IMG/VR virus record: IMGVR_UViG_3300044705_000115
Coordinates: 66,044 to 130,043 of that record
DNA length: 64,000 bases
Source: a virus
Direction: 5' to 3' (one strand)
Shown: piece by piece, positions 46,043 through 55,144 of the stretch
Position numbering within the stretch: the stretch's first letter is position 1
Layout of the letters: each line of letters starts with the position of its first letter
Position numbers and translations under genes: made by a program
The notes under the pieces: generated by a model
Database searches by the model: none
What the model was told of the DNA's origin: nothing
What the model saw: the letters and a program-made list of their open reading frames with translations, nothing else

Positions 46043-46726
46043 CTAGTTTTTTGCGGCCCTCTCCGCGTCGCGTACGTCCTCGTCGTTGAAGCCCGAGAGC
46101 GTCATGATCCGGCCGGCGATCTGGGCGATGTAGCCGGGCTTGGACTGGAACTTCGCCCGCAGAGCATCGACGGGGTCGCCGGGGAAGCGGCCCTGCTCGT
46201 TGAGGATGCGGGTCGCCTCCTTGATGTCGGGATCGACCGTACCCTCGACGACGATTTCGAGGTTGACCTTGTACTCGTCGCTTTCGCCGGTCGTCCGCGC
46301 CAGGCGCGTGTTCTGGGCCTTTTTGCGGATCGCCCGCATGACCTCCATCGGCACCGGCTTGATGGTCCAGGGGATCATCCGCTCGTTCTCCTGGGTGCCG
46401 AAGTTGAGTTCGAGCGTCTGCGTCTCCTCACCGACCGCAGCGGGGTCCTCGTTGAGGAACCAGTCCAGCGCCGAGGCCGCCTCGCCGTCGCGCAGCTTGC
46501 GGTCGTCCCGGGCCGCCGCCACGGCGGCCGCGCCGGCGCGGCTCTCCGCCTCGTCCTCGCCGTCGCTGAGGTCTTTCAGGCCGCCCTGCTGGTTCTCGTA
46601 GGCCCTCGCCAGGTCCGCGTCGCTCGGCGCGTCCTGCGTGGCCGTGGGAGCCTCAGAGAGGTCTAGCGCACCGCCCTCAGCGGTGCTGTCGTCGGTGTCG
46701 TCGATCCTGGTGGTGATGTCGTCCAT
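46043..46726 (-). CDS. Tail assembly chaperone (XkdN/gpG-like)
   Basis: Between tube and tape measure; PGYIAQIAGRIMTLSGF..AKN end typical of XkdN-like proteins. Confidence 0.82.
   Translation of the reverse strand: MDDITTRIDDTDDSTAEGGALDLSEAPTATQDAPSDADLARAYENQQGGLKDLSDGEDEAESRAGAAAVAAARDDRKLRDGEAASALDWFLNEDPAAVGEETQTLELNFGTQENERMIPWTIKPVPMEVMRAIRKKAQNTRLARTTGESDEYKVNLEIVVEGTVDPDIKEATRILNEQGRFPGDPVDALRAKFQSKPGYIAQIAGRIMTLSGFNDEDVRDAERAAKN
46046..46052 (-). other. Programmed -1 frameshift slippery heptamer A AAA AAC
   Basis: Minus strand GCA AAA AAC TAG; the -1 frame reads AAA AAA CTA GTA ATG CGG into the 46040 ORF. Confidence 0.8.
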
Positions 46727-46974
46727 GAGTCGCCTCCTTTGGCGGCTGGTGGGTCGTTGGAATCAGGCATCGACTCCGACGGGCCAGTGGCAGCGTCAGG
46801 GTCGAGTGGCCGTGCATCTGCGGACGGTTTCTCGGGACCGTCCGGCCCGTACATCGACTCGATCTCAAGGTCGGCCATGACCTCAAGAAGCTCGCGTGCG
46901 CCGTGGCTCCGCTTGGTGCGGATGTGGGCGCGAAGGTGCAGCCATGCCCGCTCGTAATCGACGAGCTCGCTCAT
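46663..46974 (-). CDS. Hypothetical protein between tube and chaperone
   Basis: N-terminal half is protein-like (MSELVDYERAWLHL); the tail overlaps the chaperone start. Confidence 0.5.
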   Translation of the reverse strand: MSELVDYERAWLHLRAHIRTKRSHGARELLEVMADLEIESMYGPDGPEKPSADARPLDPDAATGPSESMPDSNDPPAAKGGDSWTTSPPGSTTPTTAPLRAVR

Positions 46975-46995
46975 GGCTTTGCTGAGCGCGAGCCG

Positions 46996-47565
46996 CTACG
47001 CGGTCGCGCCCGTGGGGACGCCTTTGGAGTATTCGTACTGGATGGCCGGGAGGCCGGTCGTCGCATCCGTGGTGCCCGTCCGCACGAAGGCGGTGATGGG
47101 CTTCTCGTTCTCGAAGGTGAACGGGAACTCGAGGTCGCGGATGTCGTCGCCGATGTTGAACCCGAGCGGCAGACGCCAGAGCAGGCAGCCATCCAGCCGC
47201 CATTTCTCTTCGCCCAGCGCCTCCGGGTCGTTGTAGCCGACCAGCAGCGAGAAGGGTTTGAGAACGGAGTTGACGGTGCCGCGCATCGCCCGCCGTTCTT
47301 CGATGTTGGTGGAGATGAAGTTGTAGACCTGCAGCTCCCACTTGGCGTCGATCTTCTGGACACGGAAGGTTCCCTCGCGGGACTCCCGGCCAGGCTTGTA
47401 GCCCTGCTTCGTCGAGCCGACGATCGGCACCTCAAGGCGGTTGACCTCGACGGTGGCGCTGACTTCGGTGACCTCTGCGAGCAGGTTGCCAGCCGCGTCG
47501 AACGCCGCGCCCCACATCCCGCCCATGCGGAAAAGCCCCTCGTTGTTGACCAGTGGAGAAGGCAT
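46996..47565 (-). CDS. Tail tube protein (XkdM-like)
   Basis: GMWG..LAEVTEVSATVEVNR..DPEALGEE..EFPFTF; follows the sheath gene. Confidence 0.85.
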   Translation of the reverse strand: MPSPLVNNEGLFRMGGMWGAAFDAAGNLLAEVTEVSATVEVNRLEVPIVGSTKQGYKPGRESREGTFRVQKIDAKWELQVYNFISTNIEERRAMRGTVNSVLKPFSLLVGYNDPEALGEEKWRLDGCLLWRLPLGFNIGDDIRDLEFPFTFENEKPITAFVRTGTTDATTGLPAIQYEYSKGVPTGATA

Positions 47566-47603
47566 GTAGTCAGATTCCTTTCGTGATCCTTGGGTGCGCG
47601 GCT

Positions 47604-49085
47604 CTAGCCGATCGTGAGGGTCACGTAGACCTGCTTGAGGGCGCGTCCGAACTTGAGTTCCATCGCCAGGGCGACGAACTCGTCATCGTCGGAAGGCGGC
47701 GGGTCCTGGTCGATGCCGACCTTCCATCCGGGCTGGATCACTCCGAGCTTTTCGCGTTCCGCGAGGAGGCTCTTGGCCTCCGATACCACCGCGTCGCGGG
47801 TGTCGTCGTTGACCGGCCGGCGTCCGAGGATTTCCCTGCGGAAGTAGGCCGCGAGGTCCGTCTGAATCCCGTGCATGGTGCGCACGTACTTCGGCTCGCG
47901 GTAGATGAAGTAGGGCTTCTTGGGTTCGCCATCAGCGTCCACTTCCGTCCAGGTGGAGTGGCCGACTTTGATGTGAGTCGGAGCTTCGGGGTCGTCGTCG
48001 CGTGCGACCACGAGAACGCCCGCGTCGTAGGCCGAGGCGATCTCGGCGTCGGTCGGCCCGGTGACGATTTCGAGGGCCGCCAGCCGCGCGTAGGTGAGCG
48101 CTGCGTACTCGCCCTTCGCCGCGAGGATGCCCGCGATGCGCGGGGCAAGCTGCGAGGTCGAGAGTTCGATCTCGGTCCCTTCCGGCCCGAGGTCGGGCGA
48201 GCGGTAGGTGCCGACGCCGAAGACGATGACCTCCGGGTCGGCGATTTCTTCGGCGCGGTCTTCGGCGTCTTCCAGCGTCTCGCCGAGTTCACCGCCGATG
48301 ACGGCCATGAAGCGCTTGTTCTTGTTGTCGTTCTGGTCGCGGAGCCAGGTCTGCAGCGAGACCTGGATCGCGTTATCGACGAGATCGAAGGGGGCGATGA
48401 CGCCGAACGGTTCCAGCGCAATCGCATCGAAGGCGTTGGTCCAGTCTTCGGCGACCGGCGTGTCACCGTCGTCGCCGCCGGTCAGCGCGGAAGCGGTGAC
48501 GGTCGTCAGTTTGGTGCCGGTTTTCTGGACTTCGGCGGTGACCCAGTTGGACCGTTTGTTGATCAGTTCGCCGAGGCGAGTGATGTCGGTCGCCGTGTAG
48601 GTGTATTCCTCAAGGACGCTGGTGCCGTCGAGGAGCAGGAGGTCCTGTTTGCTGGCGTCGCCAGCGTGGGCGCGGGTCGTGACCGCGAGGCTGTTGGCGC
48701 GGGTGCCGTTGTAGCGGGCGACCAGTTTGAGCGCGTTTTCGGGCGCTTCTTTGGCGTTGGTGAGCTGTTTGCTCGCCTTCGCGGCGCCGCTGTCGCCGAA
48801 GCGGTAGACGAGAACGCCGCCCGCCCCGTAGCGGCCTTTCAGGCCCTCGCCGATGAACGCCTGCTTGACCGCCAGGTAGCCCGGCGTGTCGTCGGAGTAG
48901 CCGTAGAGGGCCTGGTACTCGGCGAATGAGCCGACCAGACGCGCCTCCTCGAACGGACCCCAGTCGTTGATGATCGGGATCGCAACCGTGGCGCCGGGCG
49001 CCGGCGGCACGACGCTCGGCGTCGTGACGTTGAAGTTGAAGTAGCTGTCGGGCAGCTTGGGGCGGTTGTCCTTCGAGAACGGCAC
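47604..49085 (-). CDS. Tail sheath protein
   Basis: P.SYFNF, DWGP, ARYNGTRAN, LTGGDDG, YVRTMH..I; 493 aa. Confidence 0.9.
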   Translation of the reverse strand: MPFSKDNRPKLPDSYFNFNVTTPSVVPPAPGATVAIPIINDWGPFEEARLVGSFAEYQALYGYSDDTPGYLAVKQAFIGEGLKGRYGAGGVLVYRFGDSGAAKASKQLTNAKEAPENALKLVARYNGTRANSLAVTTRAHAGDASKQDLLLLDGTSVLEEYTYTATDITRLGELINKRSNWVTAEVQKTGTKLTTVTASALTGGDDGDTPVAEDWTNAFDAIALEPFGVIAPFDLVDNAIQVSLQTWLRDQNDNKNKRFMAVIGGELGETLEDAEDRAEEIADPEVIVFGVGTYRSPDLGPEGTEIELSTSQLAPRIAGILAAKGEYAALTYARLAALEIVTGPTDAEIASAYDAGVLVVARDDDPEAPTHIKVGHSTWTEVDADGEPKKPYFIYREPKYVRTMHGIQTDLAAYFRREILGRRPVNDDTRDAVVSEAKSLLAEREKLGVIQPGWKVGIDQDPPPSDDDEFVALAMELKFGRALKQVYVTLTIG

Positions 49086-49088
49086 GGG

Positions 49089-49310
49089 CTAGGCTCCCTT
49101 CTTCGCCTTGCGCTTGAGGAACTTGTCGATGGCGGCCTGCGCCTCCTCGACGGTCAGGTCGGAGTCGCCGTGTCCGTAGTCAGCGAGAGCGCCCGCAACG
49201 ACATGGGGGCCGACGCCGAAGAACTTGTGGGCGGCGGCGATCAGCCGGTCACGGTCGACCTTTTCGGCCTCCGGCTCAGCCTTCGCTTTCGCTGCTTTCT
49301 CGTCTGCCAT
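49089..49310 (-). CDS. Small pre-sheath protein (YqzN/YkzM-like)
   Basis: Start ATG 49310 after AGGAG; FFGVGPHVVAGAL..LTVEEAQAAIDKFLKR. Confidence 0.68.
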   Translation of the reverse strand: MADEKAAKAKAEPEAEKVDRDRLIAAAHKFFGVGPHVVAGALADYGHGDSDLTVEEAQAAIDKFLKRKAKKGA

Positions 49311-49352
49311 GTCGCTCCTGAAGTTCGGTTTGACGTTGCTGCGCTGTCGCAA

Positions 49353-49396
49353 GCGAAGGTAGCAGCGCAGCAGCGGCCAACCCTGGAAAAAACTTC
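49353..49396 (-). promoter_or_regulatory. Late-promoter-like repeat, copy 1 (tail operon)
   Basis: GAAGTTTTTTCCAGGGT-N6-CTGCTGCGCTGCTACCTTCGC with extended -10 TGcTACCTT. Confidence 0.72.
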
Positions 49397-49400
49397 TCCC

Positions 49401-49958
49401 TCAGGAGCCGTCGATCTCAGACTCAAGCGACTGCGTGATCCGCAGTTTCTGGGCCAGCCGCGAGCCGGTCGGAAGCTCGGCTGAGCGGCGCCAACCGACC
49501 CTCATCTCGCCCGTGACGGTCCATTTCTTCTCGTCTTCGGGTGACTGTGCGCGGTTGATCGAGAGGTCGAGAACGCGGAGGTAGTCGGGGTAGCGACGCA
49601 GCAAAGACCCCTCGTCGATCGCCACCCCCTCAAAGTCGTAGAGCGGGATGCGGTAGGGGCGGCCCGCGCCGATCCCCACCTGGATCGCCTGCCACAGGCG
49701 CTCCTCGGCGGCCATGACGTTGTCGAAGGTGGCTTCCACGCTCTCGCCTTCGGCGGGGTAAACGTAGACCGCGATGGGCTGGGTCAGATCAGCGGTGTGG
49801 CGGCTGCCGCCAGAGAGCAGCGGGCCTGCGGTTCGCACCGCGATCCCTGGCCGCGAGAAGGCACCTTCCTGGGCGAAGAAGCCGACCTCCCAGTCATCGC
49901 CGAAGGCTTCGGACATGTAGCGGGAGATGCTGCGGAGGGCGTCGCGGACGGTTCTCAT
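49401..49958 (-). CDS. Tail terminator/completion protein
   Basis: Position before the sheath; RIPLYDF motif of XkdJ-like proteins. Confidence 0.65.
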   Translation of the reverse strand: MRTVRDALRSISRYMSEAFGDDWEVGFFAQEGAFSRPGIAVRTAGPLLSGGSRHTADLTQPIAVYVYPAEGESVEATFDNVMAAEERLWQAIQVGIGAGRPYRIPLYDFEGVAIDEGSLLRRYPDYLRVLDLSINRAQSPEDEKKWTVTGEMRVGWRRSAELPTGSRLAQKLRITQSLESEIDGS

Positions 49959-50467
49959 GTCAACTCGGCGTAGGGGTTCTGGCGGGCGGTCTCACGCGCC
50001 CAGTTGGATAGCGCGGGCCTGACGATGCCCTCAATCTCGACTTCCAGCTTCGCAGCGGACTCGGCCAGCATGTGATGACCCTCCGAGCCGGGGTGCATGA
50101 CCGACTTGGCGAAGACATCGGCGCCGTCGGCACCGACCCAGTGCAGCGTGCCGCCAGGGGTTTTCGGCAGGATCAAGTACTTGCGATGCTCAGGCCCCCA
50201 GAGACCGGTGCCGTGCTCGACGTAGGGCGCGTAGTCGATCTCGGTGTACCACTCGGCGCCGTAGCCTGCGCCGGGGTAGGTGGTGCCGACGACCTTGTGG
50301 GCGCGGCTCTCCTTCCACGAACGCTTCAGGTCGCCAGTCTCGACCGGCGTGGCTTTCGCCGCCTGCTCCTTGCCGAAGCGCACGCCCAGACGCACCATGT
50401 TCTTGATCGCGCCATTGATCGGGCCGGTGTCGAACCAGGGGTGCAGCTTGCCGCCGATGTAGGCCAT
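49955..50467 (-). CDS. HK97 gp10-like neck protein
   Basis: TPVETGDLKRSW..YAPYVEHGTG..HPG..GHHML. Confidence 0.85.
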   Translation of the reverse strand: MAYIGGKLHPWFDTGPINGAIKNMVRLGVRFGKEQAAKATPVETGDLKRSWKESRAHKVVGTTYPGAGYGAEWYTEIDYAPYVEHGTGLWGPEHRKYLILPKTPGGTLHWVGADGADVFAKSVMHPGSEGHHMLAESAAKLEVEIEGIVRPALSNWARETARQNPYAELT

Positions 50468-50892
50468 CAGCCGGTTCTCGCGGGCGAGGCGGGCGACTCC
50501 GTGACCCGTTTGAGCCGGAGCTGCCAGCCGATTACCTTGCGCTTCTTGCGAATCTGTTTCGGCTCGCCATCGACCATGAAGATGCCGACCTCGTTCCAGC
50601 CGCGGTCGGTGGACTCGGCCAGCTCCCGCGATTCGACGACGATCTTGTCGTCGATCTGGAAGCGCAGCGGATTGCGCTCGGCGTCTACTCGATCAGTGGT
50701 CAGCGAAGGCACCTCGACCACGCTCACGCTCTGGGCGGCGTCGCGGCCCTTGGGGGCATCGGTGATCTCCAGGCGGCAGCGGAAGATCGGCTGCTGGCGG
50801 GGGTGGTAGATCGTCCGGCCTTCGACGCGCTTGGCATCGGCCTCCTCGCGGACGATGCGGGCGCGATCCTTGAGCGCCGTCCTCAGCGCCAT
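50467..50892 (-). CDS. Head-tail stopper
   Basis: Beta-rich 141 aa between the adaptor and the gp10-like gene. Confidence 0.6.
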   Translation of the reverse strand: MALRTALKDRARIVREEADAKRVEGRTIYHPRQQPIFRCRLEITDAPKGRDAAQSVSVVEVPSLTTDRVDAERNPLRFQIDDKIVVESRELAESTDRGWNEVGIFMVDGEPKQIRKKRKVIGWQLRLKRVTESPASPARTG

Positions 50893-50895
50893 CGT

Positions 50896-51423
50896 CTACG
50901 CCCCGAAGGCCCAGGGGTCGATGCGGTCGAGGATGTCGCCCTCGTGCCAATCGACTTCGCTGACGCTGGTGTACGGGCGGTGAATTCCAGCCAGGACTTC
51001 CTGCCAGTATTCCCGTTTTTCTTCGGTCATCAGCAGCTCCAGCAGGTTGTTGAGATGCGGCCAGGGGTTCAGCGGCTTGCCCGCGAATTTGGTCGCCCGC
51101 TCGCTGTTGACTCGCGTCTCCGAGTAGGAGCCAGCGGAAAAGCTCTGCACCATGTCGATGTCACCAGCGGTTTCAGCCTCGTCCTCCTGGGACTTGATGA
51201 CGAGCTGTTCGGTGCGGCGCTGCACCGCCTCCTGGGCCGTCGTGACGAGTTCTTCGGGCATCGTCGCATCGAGTGGGCGACCGGTCACGAAGACGATGTA
51301 GTCCCTCGCTCGAGCGACCTGGAAGTCGAGCGGGTCTTCGCCGGTCGCCGGTTTTTCATAGCCGAGTCCGTCGAAGTCGAGTTTCGACCAAGCCCTGATC
51401 TGTGTCGTCGTCGGTGCTTCCAC
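50896..51423 (-). CDS. Head-tail adaptor
   Basis: Helical protein with VQSFSAGSYSET motif; follows the capsid genes. Confidence 0.72.
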   Translation of the reverse strand: MEAPTTTQIRAWSKLDFDGLGYEKPATGEDPLDFQVARARDYIVFVTGRPLDATMPEELVTTAQEAVQRRTEQLVIKSQEDEAETAGDIDMVQSFSAGSYSETRVNSERATKFAGKPLNPWPHLNNLLELLMTEEKREYWQEVLAGIHRPYTSVSEVDWHEGDILDRIDPWAFGA

Positions 51424-51440
51424 TTCTCCTCCTAAACGAC

Positions 51441-51470
51441 GAAGGGGCCGGGCCGCAGCCCGACCCCTCC
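51441..51470 (-). terminator. Terminator after the capsid genes
   Basis: Minus strand GGAGGGGTCGGGC-TGCG-GCCCGGCCCCTTC followed by GTCGTTT. Confidence 0.7.
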
Positions 51471-51492
51471 GGGTTCAGCTATGTACCGGCGC

Positions 51493-51999
51493 CTAGCCCT
51501 TGGCTTCGGCCCTCGCGGCAGCGGCCTTGGCGACATCCTGTTTGGTGTACGTCCCCTTGGCGCCCGAGCCCTCGGCGACGTACTGCCCGATGATCTCGGG
51601 CGTCAGGTTCTTGTCGTCGGCGAACTTCTCCGCTGCGTCAGAGGAGAAGAACGGGGTGTCCGTGACCTCCTCGGCCTCGCCGACATCGAAGGCGCTGCGG
51701 GGCAGCTCCTCCTTGCGGACGCGGCCATCGGCAGCTTCGATGACAGCGACGACATGGGCGCCGCGCACCGCCGTCGAGACGATCTTCTGATCGCCCTTCA
51801 GGTTCAGCGCCTCAGCGACATCGGCATCGTCCAGCAGAGCCGTGGCGTTCTGATCGACCTCCTGCACCTGCGCTGCACGGAGCGAGTCCGTGTAGCGCTG
51901 GCGCGAAGCGGCGACCATGTCCTCGGCTTTGCCAGCGCCCTGACCGAACTTGTCGGTCAGCTCGGCGTATGCGGCCTGTGCGTCGTTTCCGCGCGGCAC
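51493..51999 (-). CDS. Post-capsid protein with an E3-binding (PSBD)-like C-terminal motif
   Basis: SSDAAEKFADDKNL..EGSGAKGTYTKQDV. Confidence 0.65.
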   Translation of the reverse strand: MPRGNDAQAAYAELTDKFGQGAGKAEDMVAASRQRYTDSLRAAQVQEVDQNATALLDDADVAEALNLKGDQKIVSTAVRGAHVVAVIEAADGRVRKEELPRSAFDVGEAEEVTDTPFFSSDAAEKFADDKNLTPEIIGQYVAEGSGAKGTYTKQDVAKAAAARAEAKG

Positions 52000-53042
52000 T
52001 AGGCGACCACCGAACGGTAGGCGCCAGCGGGGTCGATGACCCCGACGCCGAAGTCGAGCCGCACCTTGAAGTCGACCGAGTCGAGCTCCCAGGTGTAGGG
52101 GTCCGGGCCGTCGTACTGCGAGGAGGTCTCCGGGTTCTTCTTGAAGACCTGCGGTTCCTCACGGCCCCCCAGGAAGCCGACAGCGAAGGCCGGCACGTCG
52201 CTCGGGCTGGCGAACATGTACCAGTCGTTCGAGTCGCTCCAGTAGGGGTCGCGGATGACGGCGTCTGCGGGGAGGATGCCCTGCAGCGGGTTGTCGCGGC
52301 CCTTGTCGAACACGGCGCTTCCGGCGCCGGCCGCGCCCGTGTAGGCGCTGCTCACGCCCGTTTCGCTCGAGCCGATGATGCGCTTGGCGATCAGCTCCAT
52401 GCGGGCGTTCTTGACCGAGATGAGCTGCGGTTTGATGACGATGTGGCGACCGTCGCCGTCGAGCTGGTTTTCCATCGTGGAGATGGCCGTCGCCAGCGAG
52501 TCCTCGGAGAGGGCCGTGGTCACCTGATTGCCGCGGGCTTCCGAGAATGTCGGGTTGCCGTCCGGCGCCGTCGGGTTGCCCTCGATGTAGGCCGTGACCG
52601 CCTCCGACACGAAGATCGCGGCGGCGTAGCCCATGTCGGCGGGGTTGCTGGAGAGCAGGTCGCCGGATTCGTCGTTGATGATCGTCTGCCGCGTGATCGC
52701 GTAGACGCCCCCGTAGGTGTCGATGACGAGGGTTGCCGACGGACGCTCGGTGCGCGTCAGTTCGGGGTACTCGCCGTGGTCACCCACGTAGCCGATGCCG
52801 TTCAGACCCCACAGGCCCTTGATCCGACGCTCACGGAAGTCCGTGGCGTTCTCGATCCGAGCGTAGCGGCGGTACTGAGGGCTGACTTTGGTGTAGCCCT
52901 GGTAGACCGAAGTCTTGATCGGGCCGAACAGGAACTCCGGGAAGTCCGCCTTGGAAGCGGCCTCCTGCAGGCGTCCTGAATGCCAGTCCTTGTACGCCTC
53001 GAAGAGGAGGACGGGCCGACCGTAATCGCCGTATTTGGACAT
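51999..53042 (-). CDS. Major capsid protein (Mu gpT-like, HK97 fold)
   Basis: ADFPEFL, DF, GEYPE, TYGG..ITRQTIINDE, GFLGGREEP, FKVRLDFG. Confidence 0.9.
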   Translation of the reverse strand: MSKYGDYGRPVLLFEAYKDWHSGRLQEAASKADFPEFLFGPIKTSVYQGYTKVSPQYRRYARIENATDFRERRIKGLWGLNGIGYVGDHGEYPELTRTERPSATLVIDTYGGVYAITRQTIINDESGDLLSSNPADMGYAAAIFVSEAVTAYIEGNPTAPDGNPTFSEARGNQVTTALSEDSLATAISTMENQLDGDGRHIVIKPQLISVKNARMELIAKRIIGSSETGVSSAYTGAAGAGSAVFDKGRDNPLQGILPADAVIRDPYWSDSNDWYMFASPSDVPAFAVGFLGGREEPQVFKKNPETSSQYDGPDPYTWELDSVDFKVRLDFGVGVIDPAGAYRSVVA

Positions 53043-53078
53043 TGGGTTGAGTCTCGCTTTCTTGCTTCCGGCGCCGGC

Positions 53079-53459
53079 CTAGAAGCTGTCCTTCTTATCC
53101 AGGTCGATGCGGACCGCCCCAGCGGGGGTACCGCGTTCGCCTGCGACCTCGACGACCCGCCCGAACTTCTGGTTCGAGCCTTCGGTCTCGGTGAGTTTGT
53201 TTTCGTTCGTGATGAAGACTTTGTCGCCGACTTCGAGGCCGGAGATGGTCGTCACCTGAACGACGCCCTTGACGATGAGGAGGAATTCCTCATTGTCGGC
53301 GATGACGTTCTGCACCGCCATGCCGTCAGCGAAGCTGGGCGCTTTCTGTTTGACGGCAACGCCTACGAATTTGCCGTTGCCGAACGGCTGGCCGTGGGTC
53401 AGCGTGCCACCGGTTTTGTTGGTGACGTACTGCGACTCGCCGGGACGCTTGTAAGGCAT
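53079..53459 (-). CDS. Capsid cement/decoration protein (DUF2190-like)
   Basis: VGVA..KGVV..VGDKVFI..FGRV..VRIDL; immediately upstream of the capsid gene. Confidence 0.75.
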   Translation of the reverse strand: MPYKRPGESQYVTNKTGGTLTHGQPFGNGKFVGVAVKQKAPSFADGMAVQNVIADNEEFLLIVKGVVQVTTISGLEVGDKVFITNENKLTETEGSNQKFGRVVEVAGERGTPAGAVRIDLDKKDSF

Positions 53460-53494
53460 CTTGGTCTTGCTCCTTCTGGGCTAGGCCAGCACCG

Positions 53495-54766
53495 CTAGGC
53501 GGTGTAGACCTTGTCCGGATCCTTGACGCCCGCCTCCTGCAGGAACTCCTGCCAGTACGGGGTCTCGCTTGCCTCGGCGGAATCGCCGCCGTCGCCGCCG
53601 TCGCCGTCGCCCTGACCCTCGATGCGGGTCGGCTTGGCCTCGGCGAGCCGGTTCTTCGACTTCTCGATGTCGGCCTCGACGGCCTCGGTCAGGAACGCCT
53701 CGGCGCCCTTCGTGACCTCGCCCTCGTCATCGACCTCATCGACCTGATCGAGCTTTGCGGTCGGCTTGCCCTCGACGAGCTTGTAGTCGTCTTTGAGGTC
53801 GGCCTTCCAGGTGTCGGGAAGATCGGTTGCCTCGATCATCCGGTGCGCGGTGTCGCGCAGGTCGCGGAGCTGGACCTGACGGTCGGCTTCGGCCTTGGCC
53901 TCGGCACGAATCACATCGGCTCCCTCGCGCAGACCGGCCTCCACAAGCCCGGTGACGTACTCCTGCACGCCACTCTTCGGGTCCTGCAGCGCCTCCTGCA
54001 GCTCCTCGGGGGTGATTGCCACTTCGTCGCCTCCTTTGGGCGTGTTGTCGTCGCCGGCGGCCTCAAGCAGCCCCGAGCGCTTGTCGCGGAGGTAGTCCGC
54101 AAGCTCTGTGTCAGTCAGCGCCTCCAGCACGGAGAGCGGGTCGTCGCCCTCGGCAGCGCCGAGCTCGTTGATCGCCGCCTCCATCAGCTCGACGACCTTG
54201 CCGCCAGCGCCGCCCTCGGACACCCAGTCGACGGAACCGCCGTTCTGGATTCCCTCGACGACCCAGACCTGCTGCCCGTCCACGTTGCCGGGATGGACAG
54301 CGGTGGCGTCAGCGTTGATCGAAGCCTCGAGGATGCGCGGGTCCTCTTCGAGGAGCTTGCGCACCATGCCGACCGGCCGAACCCGCGCCTGGATCGCGCC
54401 CTGGCCGAAGCGGCCTTCGGCGGGAACATCCGGGTTCCACCAGCTCTCCTCAATCCGGCCACCGATGTGCCGGATCGGGCGCGGCAGGCCGTTGCGGGCC
54501 TTGATCGCGCGGGGATCCTCGTGGTCGGCGAACATGCGCCAGCCAGGTACGCGCTCGCCGCCCTCTTCGTGGTCGCCGAAGATGTGGGCGTAGTCCTCCA
54601 GCATCTTCGCCTCGTAGAGATGGCGGCCGCGGCCCAGGCCAACGGTCGGCCGGATCACGTTGATGACGACGGTGCCGTCGTCCTGAAGTCCGCCGGGTAC
54701 CCCGGCGATCGACTCCTGAAGACGGAGGGCAGAAGCGGGGATCGAAGCTGCTGCGGAATCAGGCAT
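53495..54766 (-). CDS. Capsid maturation protease plus scaffold
   Basis: IRP..G..Y, MFADH, ASINA, SVDWV..GGAGG protease-like motifs; acidic helical C-terminus. Confidence 0.82.
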   Translation of the reverse strand: MPDSAAASIPASALRLQESIAGVPGGLQDDGTVVINVIRPTVGLGRGRHLYEAKMLEDYAHIFGDHEEGGERVPGWRMFADHEDPRAIKARNGLPRPIRHIGGRIEESWWNPDVPAEGRFGQGAIQARVRPVGMVRKLLEEDPRILEASINADATAVHPGNVDGQQVWVVEGIQNGGSVDWVSEGGAGGKVVELMEAAINELGAAEGDDPLSVLEALTDTELADYLRDKRSGLLEAAGDDNTPKGGDEVAITPEELQEALQDPKSGVQEYVTGLVEAGLREGADVIRAEAKAEADRQVQLRDLRDTAHRMIEATDLPDTWKADLKDDYKLVEGKPTAKLDQVDEVDDEGEVTKGAEAFLTEAVEADIEKSKNRLAEAKPTRIEGQGDGDGGDGGDSAEASETPYWQEFLQEAGVKDPDKVYTA

Positions 54767-54769
54767 GGG

Positions 54770-54813
54770 GCGAAGGTAGCAGCGCAGCAGACCCCTACCC
54801 TGAAAAAAACTTC
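54770..54813 (-). promoter_or_regulatory. Late-promoter-like repeat, copy 2 (capsid operon, leaderless)
   Basis: GAAGTTTTTTTCAGGGT-N6-CTGCTGCGCTGCTACCTTCGC; the -10 box ends 6 nt before ATG 54766, with no SD. Confidence 0.72.
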
Positions 54814-54821
54814 GAGGTGAA

Positions 54822-55136
54822 CTACGAATCGACGCTGGCCGATTCGACCCACAGGGTCGTCTGTTCTCCGCCAGTCGCCGGTTTGCCGATCACACGGAGT
54901 TCGGGCCAGTAGTCGGACACCGACAGCACTTTCGCAGCGCCGCTGGCGACCGTTTCTTCGTTGCCGATGTTCACGAAGTCGGTGCCGTTGATCGTCCCCT
55001 GGAGCTGGACTTTCGCCGATTTCGCCCCCGTGTTGCGGATCAGTACCGTCGCAGCGCGGGTGTTGACCTTGCGAATCCTGAAGGAGTAGCCAGCGTCTAC
55101 GGTCGCGTGACTCTCCTTGGTGGTCGTATCGAACAT
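54822..55136 (-). CDS. Small jelly-roll-like protein
   Basis: VQLQGTINGTDFVNI..YWPELRV; SD AGGAGG. Confidence 0.65.
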   Translation of the reverse strand: MFDTTTKESHATVDAGYSFRIRKVNTRAATVLIRNTGAKSAKVQLQGTINGTDFVNIGNEETVASGAAKVLSVSDYWPELRVIGKPATGGEQTTLWVESASVDS

Positions 55137-55144
55137 CGGCCCTC

